From the NCBI GenBank assembly GCA_963666055.2, contig CAXWPH010000003.1, forward strand, positions 96,001-160,000: a DNA stretch of 64,000 nt, read 5' to 3'. The position numbers were made by a program, and so were the translations under genes. The notes under the pieces were generated by a model, which was given only the letters and a program-made list of their open reading frames with translations, ran no database searches and had not been told where the DNA came from. This document shows positions 36,225 through 43,629 of this stretch, piece after piece (position 1 is the first letter of the stretch; every line of letters begins with the position of its first letter). This stretch comes from Acidobacteriota bacterium (GTDB taxonomy: Bacteria > Acidobacteriota > UBA890 > WLXD01).

Positions 36225-36544
36225 TACGGGAGGCGGCCGCGGCGGCGACCATCGTAGTTACCTGCAGACGTGTCCGCCTCCCGAACTATGGCAGGGGCGC
36301 ACAGAGAGTCACGCTCGTATCCTCGAGCAGCCTTGGCTGCGGATCCACGGCCGATCAGGCACCCGCGTTAGCCGCGAGTCCCAGCGGCTATTCCTCTCGG
36401 ACGCGCAACCCGTTCCGCGGCGCCGGGCCGCGCCAAGTGCAATCTGGTCCCATTGCGTTGGCTGCATGCGTCGGCAAGTATGAATGCCCGACAACGCAAT
36501 CGAATACAAGTTATGCGGCAGCGATCGATCCTTGGAGCCGAGCA

Positions 36545-36904
36545 TTGGTTACCTGCTACGTCCGATACGTTCTAAAGCTCGATGAAATCGGAGCATTCAA
36601 AGAGTACGCGCAACTCTGGATTCGCCTCATCAACCGGCTAGGAGGAACGCATCACGGCTACTTTCTTCCCGCCGACGATGAGAAGGCGAAGAACCACGGT
36701 AGATTCAGCTTTCCCGGACTGGGATCTGAAGGGCCGCCTGATGTGGCGGTAGCCGTGTTCAGTTTTCCCGATTGGGAGACCTACGAGTTTTATCGGCGAG
36801 AAGCCGAGAAGCATCATGAGTGCAAAGCAGCAACAAAGATTGTAGAAGACACGAAGTGCTTCATCAGTTATGAGCGTAGTTTCATGATGCCGGTGTTCGA
36901 GTAG
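36545..36904 (+). CDS. NIPSNAP family protein
   Basis: TTG start after GGAG. VTCYVRY...FKEYAQLW...GGTHHGYFLP...AVFSFPDWETYEFYR...YERSFM. Confidence 0.8.
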   Translation: MVTCYVRYVLKLDEIGAFKEYAQLWIRLINRLGGTHHGYFLPADDEKAKNHGRFSFPGLGSEGPPDVAVAVFSFPDWETYEFYRREAEKHHECKAATKIVEDTKCFISYERSFMMPVFE

Positions 36905-36941
36905 CCCAATCGCCCCAGCCGGAACTCAATACGTAGCAGCC

Positions 36942-37079
36942 GCATAACAAGCCGTTGCAGCGGACCATCAACAGCTCGGCCCAATTTTAACCTTGGTTGC
37001 CGTCTGGCGGCATACTGTGTCGGCTGGGTCGGGTCCGGTCAGCGCCTGTTGCTGGCCGCTGAACGCCGATCCGTTAGCC
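36942..37079 (+). other. attC recombination site (138 bp)
   Basis: R'' GCATAAC ... R' GTTAGCC. The arms gtt(g)cagcgg(a)ccatcaacag and ctgttgctggccgctgaac pair with two extrahelical bases. Confidence 0.8.
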
Positions 37080-37083
37080 AGAC

Positions 37084-37314
37084 ATGAGCGAGATGAAGGA
37101 GTTGCTCAGAACCGCTACGCGTTCGGTTCGCAGCGTGAGCGGGCCGTCGGCGGCTGCGAATGCCAGAGTCCTGAAAGCGCGAGGGGAAACCGTAGCGGTC
37201 CTACAGATCCGTGACGCGACCGAGGCAGACATACGCGCGCTTGCGGCGCTTCACGTGACGACCCGGAATGACATGCACGGACGCCGGCGGAACGCGTCGA
37301 CCCGGCCCCGTTAG
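37084..37314 (+). pseudogene. Truncated ORF after the attC ending in a GNAT-like N-terminal motif
   Basis: ATG lies 4 nt after R'. LQIRDATEADIRALAALHV resembles a GNAT N-terminus, then the ORF stops. Confidence 0.4.
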
Positions 37315-37345
37315 CGGCGTGGGGACAATCGGGCGTGGCTCATGG

Positions 37346-37732
37346 TCAAAGCACCGCGTGGACTAGGATCATGATCGCCACCATGGCGGCGACGAAGCCA
37401 GTCTCCGTGGCGATGGCGTAACGGCTCTTTCGTGAGAACAGACCGCCGGCCCCCATGAGCGCCATGATCGTGAGCGCGACGAGGATGATCGTAAGCAGCG
37501 CGTCTGCCGCCGCAGTTACGCCGACGATCCACGCCAGCAAGAACGTGGCGAGGAATTGAGCAAGGAGCGCTGGCACCGGTTGGCCGCTGCCTGCTTCCTC
37601 CGATATCCCGACGCCTTTCATCCACTTCGCGCCGAACAGCTTGGGGGAGTACCAAAGTCCGCCCAGCATGAATGCGAGGACCGTTCCTACCCCGACCGCC
37701 AGCCAGTTGACGTTCGCTGTGATCTCCGCCAT
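37346..37732 (-). CDS. DUF1761-like membrane protein
   Basis: VNWLAV...GGLWYSPKLFGAKWM; four hydrophobic helices. Confidence 0.75.
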   Translation of the reverse strand: MAEITANVNWLAVGVGTVLAFMLGGLWYSPKLFGAKWMKGVGISEEAGSGQPVPALLAQFLATFLLAWIVGVTAAADALLTIILVALTIMALMGAGGLFSRKSRYAIATETGFVAAMVAIMILVHAVL

Positions 37733-37894
37733 TGAGCGTCGACTCCTTCCCAGTCTGGGGACATCGGTTGGAAGCGTGCAGCTTCTCACGGCGAGGCGCC
37801 CAAGGTCGTGGGGCTGGCTCGAAGGGGTGCGTGTGCCCCTCCGCTCTCTCCGTGTCGTCGGCTGCCGCCAAGCCTCAATCTGCGCCGTGCTCTC

Positions 37895-38482
37895 CTACGG
37901 ATAGAGCATCCCACTCCGCCAGCCGCCGTCGTCGGTGCGCTCGAACACCGTGCGGTCGTGCAATCGTCCCAGCCGCGATTCCCAGAATTCGATTCGCGAA
38001 GGATTCAGCAGATACCCTCCCCAGAATGCCGGGCGGGGGATCCTCTGTCCGAGCCGTCGCGCCTTTTCGGTGACGTAGGCGATGATCAGCTCTCGACGGC
38101 CCTGTAACGGTTCGCTTTGCCGCGACGCCCAGGCGCCGAGCTGGCTCTGGCGCGCCCGAGTGGCGAAGTAGGCGTCGGCTTCCGCCTCCGAGACCCGCGT
38201 AACGGTGCCCTCGACGCGGATCTGCTTGGCGAGGGTGGGCCAGTAGAAAACCAGCGCGGCGCGGGGGTTGGCGTCGAGCTCGCTGGCTTTGCGGCTGCCG
38301 TAGTTCGTGTAGAAGACAAAGCCGTGCTCGTCGGCGCACTTCAGCAGCACCATCCGCGCCGACGGCTGTCCTTCTGCCGTGGTGGTCGCCAGGGTCATGG
38401 CCGTGGCGCGCTGCGGCTCGCCGTTGCGTTCGGCCTGCCGCTGCAACTGCAGGAAGCGAGCGATGGGATCGTGGACGTGCAT
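37895..38482 (-). CDS. pdxH: Pyridoxamine 5'-phosphate oxidase
   Basis: PSARMVLLK, FYTNYGSRK, QIRVEG, SQLGAWAS, IEFW...RLHDR. Confidence 0.95.
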   Translation of the reverse strand: MHVHDPIARFLQLQRQAERNGEPQRATAMTLATTTAEGQPSARMVLLKCADEHGFVFYTNYGSRKASELDANPRAALVFYWPTLAKQIRVEGTVTRVSEAEADAYFATRARQSQLGAWASRQSEPLQGRRELIIAYVTEKARRLGQRIPRPAFWGGYLLNPSRIEFWESRLGRLHDRTVFERTDDGGWRSGMLYP

Positions 38483-38718
38483 GAGGTGATTATCGCCCGG
38501 ACGGTGGTGCGGTGTGGCGCCGGGCGCCCGGATGAGGGGCCGTCGACCGCAGGCATGCCTGGCGCTCCGAGATTTCGGTGTTCACCAACCGGTAACGTGA
38601 GTCCGGCGAGACTCTCAAGTAATTGAAATAACTGATCTTAGAGATTTTTTCTGCGCCGGCTCAAGAAAAACGCGCGCCGCGCTTGCCGGAATGAAGCGTC
38701 CGTAGTTTGATCACTCGG

Positions 38719-39181
38719 GTCCGGATGATTGCCCCGGCCAAACGGGAGATTCGGAACCTGTTGAGGTCGCGAAACGACCTCGAGTAGAGAACGGCTCGAC
38801 GAGCCTGGAAGCGGACCCGCAAGGGGAAGCGAAAGGGCTCGGGGGATAAACGGGAGCTCGAGAGGGAGCCCGGGACGCCCGGGGAGGCGCTGGAAGCCCG
38901 CAAGGGTGGAAGGCGACTGCCTGAACGAGGTGGACCAGACGTTCGCAAGGACGAGTGGGAAGTTTCGACGGGGCTGGAAGGCGAACCCGCGAGGGGGAGC
39001 CGGAGAGCAACGGAGCCAACGGCACGTTCGTCAGAGTGATGCCGATGGCAGGGTCGACGGAAAGGCTCGCAAGAGTCGGGAAGTCGAGCCATAGAGGCGA
39101 AGGAAGCTCGAGGAAACGATCGCGATGGAGGGTTTCGGACCCCACGGGAGGCCGTCGCGGTAATCATCCGGGCATTTTTTT
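38719..39181 (+). ncRNA. Candidate large structured ncRNA (~455 nt) of unrecognised class
   Basis: 15-bp terminal helix (38719-38733 with 39159-39173) followed by T7; at least 8 internal hairpins; six GNRA tetraloops; no credible ORF. Confidence 0.7.
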
Positions 39182-39318
39182 GGTACCCGGAATGGCCCGA
39201 GGGGATGCGGGGCGAACCTAGCGGAACAGCTGGTGTTCGCCTCGCTGGGGCGCCGTCAGCTGGGTGCTTTGCGGTGTCGGCTTACTAGCGGGTTGCTTTC
39301 CGTTCGTTCACCCGGGCG

Positions 39319-40122
39319 TCACCCATCGTCGAATGGCAACGGCTTGACGATCAGGTTGCGCCAGATACAGGCGGGAGCGACCGGTATGCGGACCTTCCAC
39401 AGGGCGGTGCCGTCGATCTGGGGAGCCTCTAGCTGCACGTCGTAGAGACCCACTGCCAGGTCGTTGATCTCGAACCAGCCGTCGCTGTCGCTCAGATAAG
39501 TGCGGTTGTCGCCTTCCGCCACCTCCAAGCTGATTCTCACACCGGGGACCGGACCGCCAGGATCGAGGCGGAAGCCGCTAGGCCGCTCCGCGCCGAGAGG
39601 CAGTTGCTGACGCTCCCGGTAGACCATGCCATACAGCGACACGACCTTCTCGGCTGTCTCGAGGCCGCGCAGGTAGGCCAGATCCGTCTCGGCGTCTCTG
39701 GCTAGCCGGGTGCGCGAACAGATTCCGGTCTCATACCGGCCGGTACGAGCCGACTGGTTGGCGTAAACGAGGTAAGTGCGGTTCGTGGCGAACTGGAAGC
39801 CGCAGTCTCCGCCGCCGGCGCCGGTTGCCACGATCACCTCGCGCTTACCCTCGGCGCCACGCCACCGTTCTAGCACACGCAAGGTTGCCAGGATCCTGAT
39901 TTGCACCTCGCCGTCCGTTTCCTCGGTAACCGTGTCCAGGCGGGTCACCCGTCCGACAAAGATCGCGGCAGTCTGCCACCACACCTCGCAGGCGGGGCGC
40001 TTCGGTGACATGCAGGAGCAACAGGCCGTGGCCGCTCCGTCAGTGCCGGGTGTCTCCAGTCCCAGAGTCGCGGGCGCCAGGCCCAGGATGACTGCCGCCA
40101 GCAGCGGCCGCAGGGGTTTCAT
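39319..40122 (-). CDS. Exported hypothetical protein: TIMP/NTR-like CSC...CG domain plus carboxypeptidase-regulatory-like beta-sandwich
   Basis: Signal peptide, ACCSC, AIFVGRV, GGGDCGFQF...YLVYA...CSRT, SDSDGWFEINDLAVGLY. Confidence 0.65.
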   Translation of the reverse strand: MKPLRPLLAAVILGLAPATLGLETPGTDGAATACCSCMSPKRPACEVWWQTAAIFVGRVTRLDTVTEETDGEVQIRILATLRVLERWRGAEGKREVIVATGAGGGDCGFQFATNRTYLVYANQSARTGRYETGICSRTRLARDAETDLAYLRGLETAEKVVSLYGMVYRERQQLPLGAERPSGFRLDPGGPVPGVRISLEVAEGDNRTYLSDSDGWFEINDLAVGLYDVQLEAPQIDGTALWKVRIPVAPACIWRNLIVKPLPFDDG

Positions 40123-40324
40123 TGTGGGATCCTCAAGGCGACGGAGATTGACACTACAAGCATACACAAACCGGGCGAACAGCGGTCCACGTCGGCTCAG
40201 TGTCAGGCGCGGCCGCTGTCGATCAGCTAACCTTCTCTAACGACGGGTTCGAGTTTCGAGGGGCGACGAATCGGGGTGTTCCCGCGTCCTGCGTTCCGAG
40301 GACACTTCTATTGGGAGAGCTTTC

Positions 40325-40885
40325 ATGAAGATTCGCAATGTCCTGTTACAAACGGTTTCCCTGACGATCGCGGTCATCATCGGCGCGGCGTTGCCGTTGA
40401 ATGCGCAGAACGCCCCGGTCGGACGCGTGGTCGTTGTCGACGGTGAGCGGGTGACCGCCGAAACGCAGGTCGGGCAGGAAGTACGGAGGCAGGTGGAGGC
40501 TGCCGCCACCAACTGGCAGCTACAGTCAGACCAGTTGGAGACCGAGCTGCAGGGCCTGGCGACTAGTCGCCAGCAGCAGACGTTGACGCTCAGCGCTCAG
40601 GCGATGGCCGATCTCAACTCTCAGATCGAAGTGAAGCAGATAGCCATCCAGCGGTTGCAAGACGATGCTCGTCGTCAGCTCGATCGCATCCAGGCTGACG
40701 GTCAGCAGCGCATCAACCAGGTGCTCGTCCCGGTGCTGGAGAGACTCGCAGCGGAGCGGGGCTGGGATTTGGTATTCGATGCACGACTCGTGCAGACGGG
40801 CAGCCTGCTCCACTACGCCACCAATCTCGACGTCACCGACGAGTTCATCGCGGGCGTCAACGCCACCTCGGGGAGCTCTGATTAG
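40325..40885 (+). CDS. OmpH/Skp outer-membrane protein chaperone
   Basis: Signal peptide, VVVVDGERV, Gln-rich coiled coil, GWDLVFD, LDVTDEFI. Confidence 0.8.
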   Translation: MKIRNVLLQTVSLTIAVIIGAALPLNAQNAPVGRVVVVDGERVTAETQVGQEVRRQVEAAATNWQLQSDQLETELQGLATSRQQQTLTLSAQAMADLNSQIEVKQIAIQRLQDDARRQLDRIQADGQQRINQVLVPVLERLAAERGWDLVFDARLVQTGSLLHYATNLDVTDEFIAGVNATSGSSD

Positions 40886-40960
40886 CGGGCCGATCACCTG
40901 ACGCAGATGGCCCCATATCGACCCAGCAATACGCAATGAGTCTCTGATATATACAGGCCA

Positions 40961-41514
40961 CTAGCAGGCCGTGGTGAAAGTGTGATGGGTCTGGCGACAG
41001 GGTCTTGCGAAGTGGAGGCAAGGAGAGAGGAGGAGGCGATGGTTACCCCATCGTTGACGAGGAACGACGCAGGATACGCGCGCCACCCCCTGTCGCCCGA
41101 AGGGTTACGTCGATTTGGGGCCATCTGCGGTGTTGGCCTTCCTCGACGATGGCTAGCAGGCCGTGGTGGAAGTGTGACGGGCCTGGCGACAGGGTCTTGC
41201 GAAGTGGAGGCAAGGAGAGAGGAGGAGGCGATGGTTACCCCATCGTTGATGAGGAACGACGCAGGATACGCGCGCAACCCCCTGTCGCCCGAAGGGTTAC
41301 GGTGATTTGGGGCCATCTGCAGCGTTGGCCTTCCTCGACGATGGCTAGGGCATCGCCAGTGTCAGGCCGCCTTCCATCTGGCCCCAACTCGCCGCAACCA
41401 GGCCCGCCACACTTCCACCACGGCCTGCTAGGGCATCGCCTGTGTCAGGCCGCCTTGCATCTGGCCCCAACTCGCCGTAACCAGACCCACCACACTTTCA
41501 CCACGGCCTGCTAG
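40961..41514. mobile_element. Composite MITE/REPIN-like array: 2 x 192-bp unit A plus 2 x 83-bp unit B, each delimited by CTAG
   Basis: CTAG at 40961, 41153, 41345, 41428 and 41511. Left TIR CTAGCAGGCCGTGGTG(G/A)AAGTG; right TIR CACTT(C/T)CACCACGGCCTGCTAG. Confidence 0.85.
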
Positions 41515-43028
41515 GGCGCAATCAGCTCTCTGAGGCGCTGGATGGGTACGCCCAGGTTGGATCCGCCGAACTCGGGCAACACCGCAGCGTTGAGAGCCAC
41601 CACGGCTCCGTCGAGCGTCAGTACCGGGCCACCGGAGCCTCCGTGTGTTGTCTCGGCGTCGTAGACGATGGCTCCGGCAGTGATTTGGCCAATGCTGCCC
41701 ACCGTGGCGAGCGGGGCCACATAACCACCGCGCGCCAGGTGTCCGGCAAGGTCCCAGAAGTCCACCGGGCCCTGGCCCAGGAGTCCCGAGACGAAGGTGG
41801 GATCAGCTCGGGCCAGAAGCGCCCGGATCCCGGTCGGGTAGCCCAGTACCAAGACCTCGTCGCCGATTTCCGGTACAGCCTCCGAGAGTCGGAGACCGGC
41901 GACGCGTTCGCCCAGGCCGGTGCTTCCTAGTATTGCCACGTCGGCCTGCGTATGGCCGGCCTGCACCGCCAGGTCGAACGGCTCATCGACGCCCGGGAGG
42001 TAGCCGACGAGCCGTTGCATCGTCGGCGTGAAACCCTGCTCGATGAGGCGTTGCGCGGCGGCGTCGAACTCCCAGGGCATCGCGACGTGCCGATTCGTGG
42101 CGACGATATCGAGCTCGGCGAGCACGAACCCCGTGCCTGTGTAGCGGAGCTCCAGCGGTTCGCCCTGGCCATGCACCCCGAATACCGTCGGAGCGTTGCC
42201 GTTGGCCGCTCCTGCGGATCGCAAGACGCGCCCACTGCGCGGCTCCACGAACCCGTAGGATCCCTGTACGAAGACCACGGCGGCCGATGCTGCCGAGATC
42301 ACTCGTCCGCGCGCCGTAGCTCTGTTCTCGAGTGCTTCGATCCGGGCCAGGGTTTCGTTGATGCGAAAATCAAGCTGCGCTCGCACGTCGTTGAAGTCGT
42401 CGATCGTGAACGCGGCGCGCTCGGACGCCGCCAGCAGCTCGGTCAGCCCTTCGACGCGCTCTAGTTGGAGGCTGAGCTCGCGTTCCAGCCGGGCGTTGTG
42501 CGTCCAGAGCATGCCCAGTCCGGCGACGAGAGCAACGGATCCCAGCAAGAACGCCGCTCGAACAACCGGCCGCACCTGGGTGGCGAGCTCGCGGACCGGC
42601 CCCCAGATCAGGATGCCGATGCGGTCGAGCGTCCCGTGGCCACCGAGCTTGGCGCAGCTTTGGCAGTCGTCGAAGGCCTCGCGCACGCTCTTGTATGCGG
42701 CGCCGGCCACGCGTGGGCGGAAGCGCAAAAGCATGCCATGATCACCGATCTCGATGAGGTCGCCGGCGTGCAACGATCGATTTCCGGCGCGCGCACCGTT
42801 CACCCACGCCTCGGTATCACCGTAGACGTCGAGATGCCAACCGTTGGTGTCGGCGACCAACGCGGCGATGGGCGGCTCGCCAACCCGCGGCTGCCCGTAG
42901 ACGAGCTTGAGTCGGCCACCCTCTAGCGGTACGAGATGGGTGGTCCCGAAAACGCGTCGAGTACGGCCGCGCTCGGGTCCTGAGAGATGAACGAGCTGTG
43001 CCGCGGCGGCCGAAACGCTCTGTGTCAT
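41511..43028 (-). CDS. FHA-like domain, TM, coiled coil and trypsin-like serine protease
   Basis: AWVNG...LHAGDLIEIG (FHA-like); GTGF, ATNRHVA, DVAIL, GGSGGP triad. Confidence 0.8.
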   Translation of the reverse strand: MTQSVSAAAAQLVHLSGPERGRTRRVFGTTHLVPLEGGRLKLVYGQPRVGEPPIAALVADTNGWHLDVYGDTEAWVNGARAGNRSLHAGDLIEIGDHGMLLRFRPRVAGAAYKSVREAFDDCQSCAKLGGHGTLDRIGILIWGPVRELATQVRPVVRAAFLLGSVALVAGLGMLWTHNARLERELSLQLERVEGLTELLAASERAAFTIDDFNDVRAQLDFRINETLARIEALENRATARGRVISAASAAVVFVQGSYGFVEPRSGRVLRSAGAANGNAPTVFGVHGQGEPLELRYTGTGFVLAELDIVATNRHVAMPWEFDAAAQRLIEQGFTPTMQRLVGYLPGVDEPFDLAVQAGHTQADVAILGSTGLGERVAGLRLSEAVPEIGDEVLVLGYPTGIRALLARADPTFVSGLLGQGPVDFWDLAGHLARGGYVAPLATVGSIGQITAGAIVYDAETTHGGSGGPVLTLDGAVVALNAAVLPEFGGSNLGVPIQRLRELIAP

Positions 43029-43060
43029 CGTCGCCCGGCCTCCTGATAGCCAGAACCCTG

Positions 43061-43486
43061 CTAGAGCGTCAGATGAGGCTTCAGCGTCAGCCAGTCGTCG
43101 CTCGAATAGATGCTCGGCGCGACCTCGATCAGACGTGGGAGCATCTGGAACACTGAGGTCTGGTTCCATGTGCCGCCAGGGCGTGTCCGGAAGCCGGCCT
43201 CGTTCAGCTCTGCGGCGATCTGACCGAAACCCTTGTCGTCGACGATCATCTTGAGCATGTGGATCATCACCTTGATCTCGTCGACCGCAGGTTCGAGCGT
43301 CATGCAATCGGCCGCCACCCGTAAACCGTACGGCACGGCCTCGGTGGAGCTGTCTTCCTCTTCTCCTTCGACAGTTCGTTCCCACACGACCGCCAGGGCG
43401 CGCCAGCCCTCCTTTGCCTTGGATCGCAGCAGCTCCTCGGTCAGCGGTCCGTCGACGACCTCATGCTTGCGCTCGATCTTTGCCAT
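43061..43486 (-). CDS. Small protein with a stand-alone 'Recombinase' DNA-binding domain
   Basis: PYGL...E...QIAAELNEAGFRTRPGGTWNQTSV; GGAGGA RBS; no resolvase catalytic domain. Confidence 0.7.
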   Translation of the reverse strand: MAKIERKHEVVDGPLTEELLRSKAKEGWRALAVVWERTVEGEEEDSSTEAVPYGLRVAADCMTLEPAVDEIKVMIHMLKMIVDDKGFGQIAAELNEAGFRTRPGGTWNQTSVFQMLPRLIEVAPSIYSSDDWLTLKPHLTL

Positions 43487-43629
43487 GGTTTCCTCCGTGG
43501 CTTGTTTGGCGTCTGTTGCCGCCATGGCACAGATCACCCCACGGACGTCGTGGAGGGAAGCTTGGGGAATTATCAAAGCAGCGACGGTGAAATGGAAGGT
43601 GCCGTCCCGGAAGCGAACAACGGTGACGG

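Larger units (their letters stand above)
36510..37079 (+). mobile_element. Integron-type gene cassette (NIPSNAP gene plus attC); no integrase in the window
   Basis: The cassette starts with GTTATGCGGC (36510), the exact complement of GCCGCATAAC (36939-36948) at the attC R'' end. The gene is lower in GC than its flanks. Confidence 0.8.

Noticed and set aside
36280-36373. Second attC ending at GTTAGCC (~36367)
   Set aside because: No convincing R'' box or paired L arms by eye; it would need a covariance-model scan.
38683-38708. Sigma70 promoter TTGCCG...TAGTTT for the candidate ncRNA
   Set aside because: The spacer is only 14 nt. The position is suggestive but not supportable as a feature.
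38719-39181. RNase P RNA, tmRNA or rRNA fragment
   Set aside because: There is no GAGGAAAGUCC/AACAGAA P4 signature, no tRNA-like ends and no conserved rRNA motifs.
38661-39221. Track ORFs 38661..39167(-), 38711..39145(-), 38906..39094(+), 38955..39221(+)
   Set aside because: These are low-complexity S/P/R/G translations with no family motifs. The region is better explained as structured RNA.
40961-41514. Possible CRISPR array
   Set aside because: The units are 192 and 83 bp near-identical copies with no unique spacers and no cas genes. TIRs and CTAG ends fit a MITE.
40894-41514. Repetitive ORFs across the repeat array and over the 47.8-kb and 63.4-kb copies
   Set aside because: These are translations of the non-coding MITE and have no transposase motifs.
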